This document shows, one piece after another, positions 1 to 10,960 of a stretch of DNA of 64,000 nt (within the stretch, counting starts at the first letter, position 1; each line of letters starts with the position of its first letter). Location of the stretch: assembly GCA_041686735.1 (NCBI GenBank), contig JAWLDF010000002.1:642-64641 (forward strand), in the 5' to 3' direction. The DNA comes from Bacilli bacterium. Its GTDB lineage: Bacteria; Bacillota; Bacilli; JACDOE01. The translations under genes and the position numbers were made by a program. The notes under the pieces were generated by a model. That model was not told the DNA's origin. It ran no database searches and saw nothing but the letters and a program-made list of their open reading frames with translations.

Positions 1-35
1 ATATGCCTAATTTTGATTGATCACTGAGGCAGGTT

Positions 36-366
36 TTGATAAAATCAAACGGCAATCAGCTCAGAGGTTTCAATTGGAGATACGAGAGGGGAAATGATAA
101 CATGAGTCTGATATCTCAAAGAAAAGTGGTCCTGTATATCGCTGCAAGCATCGATGGATATATAGCCGGGGAAAACGGAGAAATCGGATGGCTCAATGAA
201 TTTGAAGGAGAGGGAGATAATGGTTTCGCGTCTCTTTATCAAACGAATCATTCTCGGAAAAGGAATTCCGCTTTTTAAAAAAGGTGTACCCGAGACAAAA
301 TTTGAAGTAATAAAAACAATTCGACTGGGAGAATTCGTACAAACTCATTACAACGTGCGTTTTTAA
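36..366 (+). pseudogene. Dihydrofolate reductase-family (RibD C-terminal domain, YwjB-like) gene remnant; N-terminal ~50 aa and C-terminal ~40 aa in different frames, middle of the domain missing
   Basis: Frame 36..278 gives VVLYIAASIDGYIAGENGEIGWL (DHFR-family N-terminal motif). The +1 frame from 241 gives ...RIILGKGIPLFKKGVPETKFEVIKTIRLGEFVQTHYNVRF* (typical C-terminus, stop ~366). Combined length ~90 aa versus ~170-180 aa expected. Confidence 0.5.
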
Positions 367-1172
367 ATCCTGATCCGCTTCCGCACAAAATCGGCCAGTT
401 CATCATAAAGTCCCGGCGTGGCGGCGAAGATACTGCTTTTTTTATGAAAAGACGGCTCTTCTCCGGTCAGGGAGGTGAGTTTTCCTCCCGCCTCTTCCAC
501 CAAAATCCTTCCGGCGCCAAAATCCCATGGGTTCAGAGACAAACTGAAATATGCATCCAGCCGGGCGGCGGCTACATAGGCGAGTTCCATTGCGGCACAA
601 CCGAACAGACGCAGTCCGCGACATTTGGGTGCCAGTTCTTGAATCGCCCGGTCGAGTCCGATATCCGAAGCATACCTGTTCCAGAAGACGCTGGTGCAAA
701 TCAACGACTCCTCCAGCGACATCGTTTCCGGAAGCGATAATTTGTGACCATTCAAATAAGCACCGTTTCCTTTTTGCGCATAAAAAAGTTCGTCACGCGA
801 AGGGTCATAGACCACACCGATTACGCCCTCACCACGATGATACACGGCAATCGACACCACATAATTCTGTTGTTGATGCACCAGGTTGGTCGTACCGTCG
901 ATCGGATCAATCACCCATACTGTTTCCGCATATTCATCGTTTCCGGTATGAGTGCCCTCTTCGCTCAGTATTCCATGCTCCGGATAACGCTCCCGAATCC
1001 GTTCAATCACCCATTTTTCCACTTCTACATCGATGGCCGTGACCAGATCCGCGGTGGAAGTTTTAAACTTGATATTTAAAGGATGTTTCAGTCGTCTTAT
1101 ACTTAGTTCGCCCGCACCCTTTGCACAGGAGAGGGCCAGTTTCATCCATTCATCCAACGGTTTCAACTGCAA
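363..1172 (-). CDS. Inositol monophosphatase family protein (SuhB/ImpA-like)
   Basis: 269 aa; WVIDPIDGTTNLVH and AARLDAYF motifs of the IMPase family. Confidence 0.8.
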   Translation of the reverse strand: MQLKPLDEWMKLALSCAKGAGELSIRRLKHPLNIKFKTSTADLVTAIDVEVEKWVIERIRERYPEHGILSEEGTHTGNDEYAETVWVIDPIDGTTNLVHQQQNYVVSIAVYHRGEGVIGVVYDPSRDELFYAQKGNGAYLNGHKLSLPETMSLEESLICTSVFWNRYASDIGLDRAIQELAPKCRGLRLFGCAAMELAYVAAARLDAYFSLSLNPWDFGAGRILVEEAGGKLTSLTGEEPSFHKKSSIFAATPGLYDELADFVRKRIRI

Positions 1173-1338
1173 CGTTCTCGCCTCACATCATGCATTCATT
1201 TTTTTCTCTCATTTTACCACATTCACATCGAATCTTCCTAACCTGAAATTTCCATCTATTCCCATTAATAAATTTTGCCATCACCTGACATACTTAAAAA
1301 TGTAGTTTGAAAAACCAATAAGGGAGGAATTACCAAGT

Positions 1339-1845
1339 ATGTTTCACAACCAAGTAACCCAGTACACTTCTCAAATCCGACAAATGGCGCAACAGATGGA
1401 AAATATGGAGCGAAGCAAAGCCAATCAGCTGCGCCAGATTACTCAACAGTTGGATCTGTTTGCCAGGGAAGAAGCCCAGGGAGCACAGATGGCCCAACAA
1501 CTGAACCAGTTGATTAACCAGGTGGAACAATCTGTTCAGCAAATTTCAAATCAAGTTTCTGTTACACAGGGAATCCCTTATCAAACCGGAACAATCGGAG
1601 TTCAGCCCCAACCTTTTCAACAGCGTCCCGTACAACAACAGGGTGTACAAAGTGTCAGCGAACTGCTTCACCCCACATTCCGTTATGGATCAACAATGCA
1701 AAACCAGATTCAACCACAGCAACAGGCTCAGTTTCCCCTACAGGGAACACCCGGTCCGATCAATGTCCAGGCTCCTTATTATTCCCAACAGGCTAATCAG
1801 GGAATCCATTCCGTACAGGAACTGGTTCACCCCACCTTCCAGTAA
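1339..1845 (+). CDS. Gln-rich repeat protein with two SELLHPTF / QELVHPTF repeats; possible spore-coat-type protein
   Basis: 168 aa ORF with GGAGG RBS 8 nt upstream. Low-complexity Q-rich sequence. Internal repeats (SVSELLHPTFRYG / SVQELVHPTFQ) recall the HPT-motif repeats of CotD-like coat proteins. A terminator follows. Confidence 0.55.
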   Translation: MFHNQVTQYTSQIRQMAQQMENMERSKANQLRQITQQLDLFAREEAQGAQMAQQLNQLINQVEQSVQQISNQVSVTQGIPYQTGTIGVQPQPFQQRPVQQQGVQSVSELLHPTFRYGSTMQNQIQPQQQAQFPLQGTPGPINVQAPYYSQQANQGIHSVQELVHPTFQ

Positions 1846-1879
1846 ACGATCAGTCATAGACACAATACAACGAGCAAAA

Positions 1880-1927
1880 AAAGTGGCTCACCCATTATTC
1901 CGGGTAGCCACTTTCATTTTGTTTTTT
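1880..1927 (+). terminator. Rho-independent terminator after the Q-rich gene
   Basis: Stem AAGTGGCT (1880-1887) pairs with AGCCACTT (1905-1912). It is followed by TCATTTTGTTTTTT. Confidence 0.6.
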
Positions 1928-2116
1928 CACCTTTTCTAAAATGCCGGATAAAACCGGCGCACAAATTCCATAAGACCGACGACCGCACAAAAATATATTT
2001 GTTTTTGCTCATCTGAATCACCCACCATATGCAATGGGGAGGTTGTTAACATATGATATGCAACGGTTGCTTTCGGTGTGCTGAAAATGGGCAATCCAAT
2101 CAGATCCAATCAATCC

Positions 2117-2785
2117 TTATGGTTGTTCCGCCTGCATTTTTTGTTTTTTCAAATATCCCAGTCCGAGAACGACAACGATCAGAAGAGCCACAATGATATA
2201 AGACAAAAATGGAATTCCGTGAAGGAAATCAGCGATAGCGGGATCACGTACGATCATCTCTCCCGCAGTATAAACAAGGACTCCCGCTCCCACATAAATC
2301 AACAAGGGAAAACGCTCGAGTAAACGTAAGATTAACTTGCTTCCCCAGACAATGATCGGGATAGAAATCAGCAGTCCGATGATTACCAGCAAAAGCGAAC
2401 CTTTGGCCGCACCGCCGATTGCCAGCATGTTATCCAGACCCATAATAATGTCTGCATAGATGATGGTCTGGATGGCTCCGCGCAAAGAAGTTTTTGCCTC
2501 GATTTTTTCCTTCCCTTCTTCCCCGACGAGCAATTTATAAGCAATCCATAATAACAACAGTCCGCCGACGAGCTGCAAAAAAGGAATTTTTAACAAAAGA
2601 ACAATGATGATCGTCATGATGATCCGCACGACCACCGCGCCGCCCGTACCCCAGAAAATTGCCTTATTTCGCATTTCCGGCGGAATATTGCGGCTTGCCA
2701 TGGCGATGACAATTGAATTATCCGCTCCCAGAATTAAATCGATCATAACAATTTGTAATAGTGATATCCAAAAAGAATCCATCAC
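2117..2785 (-). CDS. TerC family integral membrane protein (YjbE/YkoY-like)
   Basis: 222 aa, multi-TM, with paired GADNSIV...GLDNMLA TerC motifs. Only 27 bp downstream of ltaE, so it is in an operon and there is no room for a riboswitch. Confidence 0.85.
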   Translation of the reverse strand: MMDSFWISLLQIVMIDLILGADNSIVIAMASRNIPPEMRNKAIFWGTGGAVVVRIIMTIIIVLLLKIPFLQLVGGLLLLWIAYKLLVGEEGKEKIEAKTSLRGAIQTIIYADIIMGLDNMLAIGGAAKGSLLLVIIGLLISIPIIVWGSKLILRLLERFPLLIYVGAGVLVYTAGEMIVRDPAIADFLHGIPFLSYIIVALLIVVVLGLGYLKKQKMQAEQP

Positions 2786-2812
2786 GACATCTCCTTTTTC
2801 AATCCCATCTTA

Positions 2813-3850
2813 CTAAATGGCTTCGTTTAGAAAACGTACGATACGTTCCACTGCATCAACAATCATTTTCCGGTCAATTTCGCGATGAGTTACAAATCGG
2901 ATAATCTGTTCATCAAAGGGACCGGCCAGTACACCTTCATTTTTAATCCCTTCCAGAAAGGCAGCATTTCCAAGACCCGTTTCGGATATATCGCACAGAA
3001 CAATATTGGTCTCCACTTCATCAACATCAACAGAAAGTCCGGGGACTTGATCCAGCTTTTCCGCCAGCAGACGGGCGTTATCATGATCCTCAGCCAGTCG
3101 TTCGCTCATCTGCGTGAGGGCAATCAGTCCCGGTGCAGCTAGCACGCCAGCCTGTCGCATTCCTCCACCCAGTCGTTTTCGCCAGCGACGGGCCTCCTCA
3201 ATAAAAGAACGGGTACCAAGCAGAATCGACCCCACAGGCGCGCTCAATCCTTTGGAAAGGCAGATTTGAACGGAATCTGCACATGTAGCATATTCCTTTA
3301 CCGAGACATCAGCCGCTATTGCTGCATTAAACAGACGGGCTCCGTCCAGATGAACCGGCACCCCTTTCTCAGTAGCCAGCCGGTGAATTGATTCCATTCG
3401 TTCCAGCGGAATTACTTTTCCTCCAGCTTTATTGTGTGTATTTTCAAGACATATTAAGCCTGTTCTAGGAAAATGAATGTCATCACCGCGAATGGCTCTT
3501 GCAATCTGTTCCGTATGTAAAGCCCCTTTCTCACCGGGAATGGGACGTGTTTGAATACCGGCAATTGCTGAAGCAGCTCCCGCTTCATACATAAAAATAT
3601 GGCTTTCCGCCTCCAGAATGACTTCATCTCCCGGTTGACAATGGGTAAGAATGGCGATTTGATTCCCCTGTGTGCCACTCGTTACAAAAAGAGCAGCCTC
3701 TTTTCCCAGCATTTCTGCAGCGGTTTCTTCAAGCCTGCGTACGGTGGGATCCTCGCCATAGACATCATCGCCCACCTCAGCATCCAGCATAGCCTGTCTC
3801 ATTTCCTGCGTCGGTCTGGTAACAGTATCACTTCTTAAATCAATGATCAT
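2813..3850 (-). CDS. ltaE: Low-specificity L-threonine aldolase
   Basis: 345 aa. N-terminal RSDTVTRPT motif and PLP-fold pattern typical of threonine aldolases (GLY1/LtaE). Confidence 0.85.
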   Translation of the reverse strand: MIIDLRSDTVTRPTQEMRQAMLDAEVGDDVYGEDPTVRRLEETAAEMLGKEAALFVTSGTQGNQIAILTHCQPGDEVILEAESHIFMYEAGAASAIAGIQTRPIPGEKGALHTEQIARAIRGDDIHFPRTGLICLENTHNKAGGKVIPLERMESIHRLATEKGVPVHLDGARLFNAAIAADVSVKEYATCADSVQICLSKGLSAPVGSILLGTRSFIEEARRWRKRLGGGMRQAGVLAAPGLIALTQMSERLAEDHDNARLLAEKLDQVPGLSVDVDEVETNIVLCDISETGLGNAAFLEGIKNEGVLAGPFDEQIIRFVTHREIDRKMIVDAVERIVRFLNEAI

Positions 3851-3866
3851 AAGTTGTTCCCCCTGC

Positions 3867-4658
3867 TCAAACTGATTTTTGATTCTCCGGTTTCATTTTT
3901 CGAAAATATGGGTGTTGCTCTATGATTAAAACTACATTTTTGAGCCAGTCATATATGGCTGTCATTTTTTCAATGTCTTCCGGAGAAAAACGGTCACTCT
4001 TAAAGTATAATACGATCTCATTCATTTTCCGTTGCACCTGTTCATCCAGGCCGTTCCAGCGCATCATTTGCGCCACTTCGACATCCTCAAGCATCGTTCG
4101 GCGAATGAGTTGTTCACACTGCAGACATTCCTGCAGGATGCGGTTTCCGCGATGGCGATTTTCCATTTCCCGTGCCCACTGATTCTGCTTATGCCAGAAT
4201 TTGAGCTGGCTGTAGAATTGAAAGTAGTGAACCAGTCCGAACAAAAAACCGCCTACGGTAAAGAACATCGCTGCCTGGTAAAGATAAATCACAATTCCTT
4301 CGGGAGAAGGTGTGCGGAACAAAAGGCCAAGGTGAAGAAAGGAAGCGACCACCCAGAAAAAAACAACGAATCCGTTGGGACGGCTCAGTTCCTTATTTTC
4401 ATCGCGGGCACGTTGCATCCATGATCCGATCCCCGGCATAAAAGAAGCCAGATAAATGACTAGAAACAATCCACTGAAAAAAAACAGGGTTGTGACAAGG
4501 GATTGCCTGTCACCGGCATCCGCCGGGATCTGCACATATAGATAAATAAGTACTGCGGCAAACACCAATAGTAAAACGGCCCCAATCCAGAGCCATCTCG
4601 ATTTTTGTATGTGCGGCGACTGGTTCCGATATGTATTCTTCCGAGACAATGTAGTCAT
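3867..4658 (-). CDS. Hypothetical membrane protein (4 predicted TM helices plus cytoplasmic helical C-terminal domain)
   Basis: 263 aa ORF with AGGTG RBS. A TATAAT -10 and a terminator from the upstream gene lie just 5' of it. No recognisable family. Confidence 0.6.
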   Translation of the reverse strand: MTTLSRKNTYRNQSPHIQKSRWLWIGAVLLLVFAAVLIYLYVQIPADAGDRQSLVTTLFFFSGLFLVIYLASFMPGIGSWMQRARDENKELSRPNGFVVFFWVVASFLHLGLLFRTPSPEGIVIYLYQAAMFFTVGGFLFGLVHYFQFYSQLKFWHKQNQWAREMENRHRGNRILQECLQCEQLIRRTMLEDVEVAQMMRWNGLDEQVQRKMNEIVLYFKSDRFSPEDIEKMTAIYDWLKNVVLIIEQHPYFRKMKPENQKSV

Positions 4659-4687
4659 GGATCACACCTACTTTCCTCCTCCATTAT

Positions 4688-4716
4688 ACAACAAAAGCAA
4701 CCGTAAAAGCGGTTGC
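4688..4716 (-). terminator. Rho-independent terminator after the 99-aa wHTH-like gene
   Basis: GCAACCG-TAAAA-CGGTTGC hairpin (4697-4716). On the minus strand it is followed by TTTTGTTGT. Confidence 0.45.
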
Positions 4717-4750
4717 TTGCACTTTCTCACTCAAACAAATGAATACTCGT

Positions 4751-5050
4751 TTACATATTGCCCGACCTTACATCATCGATCATTTTCGACTGATCGACAG
4801 GAAGAATCTGATGTTCGACATTTAAATGATATTTATTCAACTCATCGGCTGTCATTAAACGCAGTTCATCTTCTTTGCTGGGCATGGGAATAAACCCTCC
4901 TACCGGACTCTGCGCAAAACCTGCTTTTTTGGAACAGATGATCAGATATAATCCGTGCTGTTCCAGTTGCTGAAGAAGATCATGCCACTGACCGGGGGTT
5001 ATGCCACAGGAACGTTTTGCTAAAACCTGGCTGATGTCCTGTACTTTCAT
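4751..5050 (-). CDS. Hypothetical protein, possible winged-helix fold
   Basis: The ORF track starts at 5107. GAAGGAGAG RBS lies 6 nt before the ATG at 5050 (MKVQDISQVLAKRSCGITPGQWHDLLQQLEQHG...), giving 99 aa. Confidence 0.5.
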   Translation of the reverse strand: MKVQDISQVLAKRSCGITPGQWHDLLQQLEQHGLYLIICSKKAGFAQSPVGGFIPMPSKEDELRLMTADELNKYHLNVEHQILPVDQSKMIDDVRSGNM

Positions 5051-5204
5051 CCCATTCTCTCCTTCATTTAAAATAAGTAAGACGTTTACTACTTTACTCT
5101 GTCCCATCGTATCATGTCAATGGGTTTTATAAAATTTTCAACTCCCCGATTAAATTTACATAATATGAATTAGCATTTGAAAACATACTTTTTTTCATGT
5201 ATGG

Positions 5205-5252
5205 AAGAGAAAAAAGAAAAACTGCCCCTCGTTGGTTACTGTGAGGAGCAGT
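5205..5252 (-). terminator. Rho-independent terminator after the DUF2642 gene
   Basis: ACTGCCCCTC (5221-5230) pairs with GAGGAGCAGT (5243-5252), a 10-bp stem with one mismatch. On the minus strand it is followed by TTTTTCTTTTTT. Confidence 0.7.
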
Positions 5253-5261
5253 CATGATTCG

Positions 5262-5741
5262 TTATTTCGGCTTCACGTATACAATTTGATTGATTCGAAC
5301 ATACATGTCTCCTTCATGATGGAGTAAAATATAATCCGATTGTACACCGGCCAACCTTCCTTCATAGGTCCCGCCGGGCGTACCTACAATCACATTGCGG
5401 CCGATCAAACGGCTGAGATTGCGTTGAAACGGACGGGTAAGCATCTGGCTTTCCAGTTGTTCAATGTTTTCCGGATTTTTCAGTTGATCCATTTTCAGTT
5501 TTTCCGAAAGCTTCCCCGTTTTCGGCAACGTCTTGAGATCACTCCAGGACGGGAGTTTCTTTTTCGGATTGGCTGCATAGTTCTCATCCATCATACTTTC
5601 TTTCATCTGCGTCGATTCCCTCGTCGAAGATTCCCGCATTTGTCTGTGGCGGGTCGAAGATTCCGGAGACATTTGATAACCGGCCGGATAAATCAAGTAA
5701 GGGGGACGATAATACGGATAAGGGACTTTACGTGACCGCAT
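5262..5741 (-). CDS. Pro/Tyr-rich protein with C-terminal DUF2642 (YuzF-like, Sm-like) domain
   Basis: 159 aa; AAGGAG RBS 7 nt upstream. N-terminus is PYPYYRPPYLIYPAGYQ. C-terminus IGRNVIVGTPGGTYEGRLAGVQSDYILL...VRINQIVYVKP matches the DUF2642 pattern. Confidence 0.55.
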   Translation of the reverse strand: MRSRKVPYPYYRPPYLIYPAGYQMSPESSTRHRQMRESSTRESTQMKESMMDENYAANPKKKLPSWSDLKTLPKTGKLSEKLKMDQLKNPENIEQLESQMLTRPFQRNLSRLIGRNVIVGTPGGTYEGRLAGVQSDYILLHHEGDMYVRINQIVYVKPK

Positions 5742-5838
5742 AACATTTCTCCTTCCTGAATTTTCTTAAAAAATGGGTCAATGTTAATATATGCGGCTCA
5801 CGTGCAGTGCCGAAACACGGACATCCACCCAATTCTGT

Positions 5839-6150
5839 CTATAAATAATATGTATTGCCCCAATCCGCCATCGCTTCCAAAACGGAATGAAGCGCCTGCC
5901 CCTTTTCCGTCAAAGAATATTCAACCCGCGGGGGAACCGACGGATAAACCCTTCGGCATACGATCTCCTTTTCCTCGAGTTCCTTCAGACGCTGGCTGAT
6001 AATTTTGGGACTGGCCCCCAACGCGGTTTCAATATCTGTATATCTTTTCGCACCGGATATTAATTCGCGAATAATTAAAACAACCCATTTTTTCCCGATC
6101 ACGTCCAGTGTCCGTTCGATTGGGCACATCCCATGCTTTTCCTTCATCAA
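5839..6150 (-). CDS. HxlR-family winged-helix transcriptional regulator
   Basis: 103 aa. CPIERTLDVIGKKW...YTDIETAL...ISQRLKELE is the HxlR/MarR-like signature. A 4-nt overlap with the upstream ghrB-like gene implies an operon. Confidence 0.8.
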   Translation of the reverse strand: MMKEKHGMCPIERTLDVIGKKWVVLIIRELISGAKRYTDIETALGASPKIISQRLKELEEKEIVCRRVYPSVPPRVEYSLTEKGQALHSVLEAMADWGNTYYL

Positions 6151-7127
6151 TCGACCACTCCTGGTTTCACGGGGTGATACGGCGTTTCACCATTCAAAAC
6201 TCGCACAAGATCCTGCGCGGCCATCACCGCCATTTGAGTTCTTGTCGCAATACTGGCACTTCCGATATGAGGAAGCAATACGACGTTATCCAGAGTTAGC
6301 AGAGGATGTCCCGGACCGATCGGTTCCTTTTCATAAACATCCAGTCCGGCTGCCCAGATCTCTTTGTTTTTTAAGGCTTTGTAAAGCGCATCTTCATCTA
6401 CCGTCGGTCCACGTGATGTATTGATCAGAATGGCTGACGGTTTCATCATTGCCAGTTCCCGCTCACTGATGAGATGATGGGTGTCCGGCGTGAGCGGCGT
6501 CATCACACAAACATAGTCGGAACGTTGAAGCAATTCATCAAGCGGTACATAACGGGAACCCAGCCGGCTTTCAGCAACCTCATTACGACTGCGGTTATGA
6601 TAGAGGATCGTCATATCAAAACCACGTGCCCGTTTGGCCACGGCTTCCCCGATGCGGCCCATCCCGATAATCCCGAGGGTCTTGCCGTACACATCCTGTC
6701 CGGTCAATTGCATGGGCGACCAGGTCTTCCATTTTCCGTTTCGCAAATATTGTTCACTCTCAGTAATCCGCCGGGCTGCTGCCATCAACAGAGCAAAAGT
6801 GAGATCTGCGGTGGTTTCTGTCAATACCCCAGGCGTATGGGTAACCGTCACCCCTTTTTTTGCAGCGGATTCGATATCAATATGGTCGTATCCCACAGAC
6901 ATTGTGCTGATCGCCTTAAACCCGGGTGATGCCTGTGCGAGTAAATCTGCATCCACCCGATCCGTAATCAATACGTATAATCCATCCACTTCGCTTATCT
7001 TTTGCTTCAGGATCTCGCGCGGAACCGGGGTTTCTTCTTGTTCCCACACTTCACAATCAAAACGTTCTTGTAAAATGGATAGCGCTTCATCCGGAATTTT
7101 TCGTGTCACAAAAATTTTTTTCGGCAT
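6147..7127 (-). CDS. D-isomer-specific 2-hydroxyacid dehydrogenase (glyoxylate/hydroxypyruvate/2-ketogluconate reductase type)
   Basis: 326 aa. GIIGMGRIGEAVAKR NAD-binding motif and the catalytic R/E/H pattern of the GhrB/YvcT family. Confidence 0.8.
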   Translation of the reverse strand: MPKKIFVTRKIPDEALSILQERFDCEVWEQEETPVPREILKQKISEVDGLYVLITDRVDADLLAQASPGFKAISTMSVGYDHIDIESAAKKGVTVTHTPGVLTETTADLTFALLMAAARRITESEQYLRNGKWKTWSPMQLTGQDVYGKTLGIIGMGRIGEAVAKRARGFDMTILYHNRSRNEVAESRLGSRYVPLDELLQRSDYVCVMTPLTPDTHHLISERELAMMKPSAILINTSRGPTVDEDALYKALKNKEIWAAGLDVYEKEPIGPGHPLLTLDNVVLLPHIGSASIATRTQMAVMAAQDLVRVLNGETPYHPVKPGVVD

Positions 7128-7209
7128 CTGCCTGTCACCACCCGAATATCGTCATATGTATTGATTTCATTATACACAATCCGCATTTTCCTGGTAAGAA
7201 GCGACAATA

Positions 7210-7247
7210 GAAAACCCCTTCGGGGTAAATCGAGCTGAAGGGGTTTC
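7210..7247 (-). terminator. Rho-independent terminator after the small YhfH-like gene
   Basis: GAAAACCCCTTC (7210-7221) pairs with GAAGGGGTTTC (7237-7247). An inner CCCC-TTCG-GGGG tetraloop alternative exists. A T-rich tract follows on the minus strand. Confidence 0.5.
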
Positions 7248-7260
7248 CCGGAGATCATAT

Positions 7261-7398
7261 TTATTTTTCCTGAAGGGCTTGTTCGGCGCAGTGATCACAT
7301 TCATTGGCATAGCAATCGGCCTGTTCTTCCAGTTTACGACCGCAATGGGCACACACCTTCACGGGCAAATTTTTGAAAAAATCGATAACCGGCTGCAT
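7261..7398 (-). CDS. Small zinc-ribbon protein, YhfH-like (45 aa). Not in the ORF track because it is under 60 aa.
   Basis: Translation MQPVIDFFKNLPVKVCAHCGRKLEEQADCYANECDHCAEQALQEK with a CxxC...CxxC pair. GGGGAGGG RBS upstream and a terminator downstream. Confidence 0.55.
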   Translation of the reverse strand: MQPVIDFFKNLPVKVCAHCGRKLEEQADCYANECDHCAEQALQEK

Positions 7399-7539
7399 TC
7401 GGTTGTCCCTCCCCTATTTCCTTTTCTTAATTGTACTAATACAAAACACATTTGTGAATAGCTGTAATAATACAATTTTATCCTATTATCTATTTGAACA
7501 AAATAAACATGAGCTTTCTGTGACATATTGTAAATATGA

Positions 7540-8649
<1,110 letters not shown>

Positions 8650-8652
8650 GCG

Positions 8653-9633
8653 ATGGCCCAGATGACCATGATTGAGGCGATTAGAGACGCAATGCGTCTG
8701 GAACTGGAAAAAGATCCACGGGTTTTGATTTTCGGCGAGGATGTCGGAAAAAACGGAGGTGTATTCCGTGCCACCGAGGGGTTGCAACAGCAATTCGGGG
8801 AGGAACGTGTGTTTGACACGCCCCTGGCGGAATCAGCCATTATCGGACTCGCCGTCGGTCTGGGATTGCAGGGATTCAGGCCCGTGCCGGAAATTCAGTT
8901 TATCGGCTTTATTTTTGAAGCGATGGATGAAATCGTGGCTCAGGCTGCCCGCATGCGTTATCGTTCTGGAGGAAGATATCACAGTCCCATCACCATTCGC
9001 TCCCCCTTCGGCGGAGGTGTAAAAACACCGGAATTACATGCGGAAAGTTTGGAGGGCATGTTGTTACAGCAACCCGGCCTGAAAGTGGTGATGCCCTCCA
9101 ATCCATATGATGCGAAGGGGCTGTTAATCTCAGCGATTCGCGACAATGATCCCGTGTTCTTTTTGGAACACATGAAATTATATCGTTCCTTTCGCCGGGA
9201 AGTGCCGGAAGAGGAGTATACGGTGCCTCTCGGTAAAGCCAGTGTGGTGCGGGAAGGAAGCGACGTCACTGTCATCGCCTATGGAGCGATGCTCCATACA
9301 TCTGTTAAAGCCGCCGATGAACTGAAAGAATCGGAAGGGATCTCAGCGGAAGTGATCGATCTGCGCACGATTATGCCGATGGACATGGATACGATTATAC
9401 AGTCGATCGAAAAAACAAATCGGGCAGTGGTCGTGCAGGAGGCGCAAAAAACTGCCGGTGCTGCCGCAGAAATCATTGCACAAATCAATGAAAAAGCAAT
9501 TTTGCACCTGGATGCACCGATGGTGAGGGTAACCGCACCGGACACGGTGTTTCCCTTTGCCTCCGCTGAAGATATCTGGTTGCCCGATCCTGCCAGAGTT
9601 AAGGAAGGGATCTATCAAGTGATCAATTTTTGA
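8653..9633 (+). CDS. pdhB: Pyruvate dehydrogenase E1 component, beta subunit
   Basis: 326 aa transketolase-like beta subunit. It follows pdhA by 4 nt. Confidence 0.9.
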   Translation: MAQMTMIEAIRDAMRLELEKDPRVLIFGEDVGKNGGVFRATEGLQQQFGEERVFDTPLAESAIIGLAVGLGLQGFRPVPEIQFIGFIFEAMDEIVAQAARMRYRSGGRYHSPITIRSPFGGGVKTPELHAESLEGMLLQQPGLKVVMPSNPYDAKGLLISAIRDNDPVFFLEHMKLYRSFRREVPEEEYTVPLGKASVVREGSDVTVIAYGAMLHTSVKAADELKESEGISAEVIDLRTIMPMDMDTIIQSIEKTNRAVVVQEAQKTAGAAAEIIAQINEKAILHLDAPMVRVTAPDTVFPFASAEDIWLPDPARVKEGIYQVINF

Positions 9634-9655
9634 TGAGTAAAGGAGGAAGATCAGT

Positions 9656-10957
9656 GTGGCTCTGTTTAAATTTAAACTCCCCGAACTGGGAGAAGGGATA
9701 CATGAAGGTGAAATCTTAAAATGGCTCGTAAAACCCGGTGATTCGGTAAAAGAGGATGACGTGATCGCTGAGGTTCAGAATGATAAAGCGGTGGTGGAGC
9801 TTCCCTCCCCCGTAGACGGGACGGTGAAGGAAATCAAAGTGGAGGAAGGAACGGTAGCCGTCGTCGGAGATCCGCTGATTCTTTTTGAAACAGAAGGCGC
9901 CGGAAATGCCGCCGGTGAAGTAGAAAAGAATGCTCCCGATGAAATCATCCCGCACGACAAAACAGATGAGTATACCCCAACGGAGAATCAACAATCTCAA
10001 GTTGCCGCAAAAACTGGCGCTCAGGTGCTGGCAACCCCTGCCACTCGCAAACTGGCACGTGAGTTGGGAGTGGATCTCACACTGGTACCCGGCACAGGAC
10101 GAAACGGACAGGTTACCCGTGAAGATGTAAAAAAATTCGCCGCCGCCGGACAACCGGCTCAAGACACGGATCAGCGGAAAGAGCATCCGGCGCCGGCAAA
10201 AGCAGATAGGACAACAACAGCCGCCGAAAGAAAGCCCTCTGCAGAAACAACAGACAATCCGGCAGAACGGGAACCGCTAAAAGGAGTACGAAAAATCATA
10301 TCGGAAGCGATGGTTCGCTCCAAGTTTACCGTTCCCCATGTAACCATTATGGATGAAGTGGACGTCACCGGGCTTGTGGCATTGAGAGAAAGGGCAAAAG
10401 CAAGTGCTGATCAACGCGGCATCAAGGTCACCTATCTCCCTTTTGTCATTAAAGCTTTAATCGCCACCCTGCGCAGATACCCGATCTTAAACGCATCGCT
10501 GGACGACGAAAAGGGTGAAATTGTTTACAAAAAATACTACAATGTAGGTATAGCCACCGATACGGACAACGGACTGCTCGTTCCGGTGATTGCAAAAGCC
10601 GACCGTAAAAACATCTGGATGCTGGCGGAAGAGATTCGCGACCTTGCCACCCGCGCCCGTGATGGTAAACTGGCTCCCCATGAGATGAAAGGAAGTACCA
10701 TTTCCATTACCAACATCGGTTCGGCAGGAGGGCTGTTTTTTACGCCCATTATCAACTATCCGGAAGTGGCTATTCTGGGCACAGGAAGAATCACGCAGAA
10801 ACCCGTCGCCAGAAACGGTGAAGTGGTGATAGCCCCGGTCATGGCGCTCTCCCTCAGCTTTGATCACCGCATTATAGACGGGGCCACTGCTCAATACTTC
10901 CTGAATGATCTAAAGCAGTTGCTGGAAGACCCTCAACTGCTGGTTATGGAGGTATAA
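9656..10957 (+). CDS. pdhC: Dihydrolipoamide acetyltransferase (PDH E2)
   Basis: 433 aa with GTG start and AAGGAGG RBS. N-terminal lipoyl domain (EGIHEGEILKW...VQNDKAVVELPSP), an Ala/Pro linker, and a C-terminal catalytic DHRxxDG motif. Confidence 0.9.
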   Translation: MALFKFKLPELGEGIHEGEILKWLVKPGDSVKEDDVIAEVQNDKAVVELPSPVDGTVKEIKVEEGTVAVVGDPLILFETEGAGNAAGEVEKNAPDEIIPHDKTDEYTPTENQQSQVAAKTGAQVLATPATRKLARELGVDLTLVPGTGRNGQVTREDVKKFAAAGQPAQDTDQRKEHPAPAKADRTTTAAERKPSAETTDNPAEREPLKGVRKIISEAMVRSKFTVPHVTIMDEVDVTGLVALRERAKASADQRGIKVTYLPFVIKALIATLRRYPILNASLDDEKGEIVYKKYYNVGIATDTDNGLLVPVIAKADRKNIWMLAEEIRDLATRARDGKLAPHEMKGSTISITNIGSAGGLFFTPIINYPEVAILGTGRITQKPVARNGEVVIAPVMALSLSFDHRIIDGATAQYFLNDLKQLLEDPQLLVMEV

Positions 10958-10960
10958 GAT

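Noticed and set aside
442-1079. Several 85-163 aa ORFs (442..699, 444..740, 551..1042, 744..1079) overlapping the inositol monophosphatase gene
   Set aside because: They are embedded in or antisense to a well-supported CDS. They have no RBS, and their compositions (Arg/His/Pro-rich) are typical of out-of-frame translations.
2786-2812. Possible yybP-ykoY (Mn2+) riboswitch upstream of the TerC-family gene
   Set aside because: Only 27 bp separate TerC from the upstream ltaE stop, so there is no room for a riboswitch. The genes form an operon.
7170-7352. 60-aa minus-strand ORF overlapping the YhfH-like gene in another frame
   Set aside because: The alternative 45-aa frame has an RBS, a zinc-ribbon motif and a terminator. 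The 60-aa frame has none.
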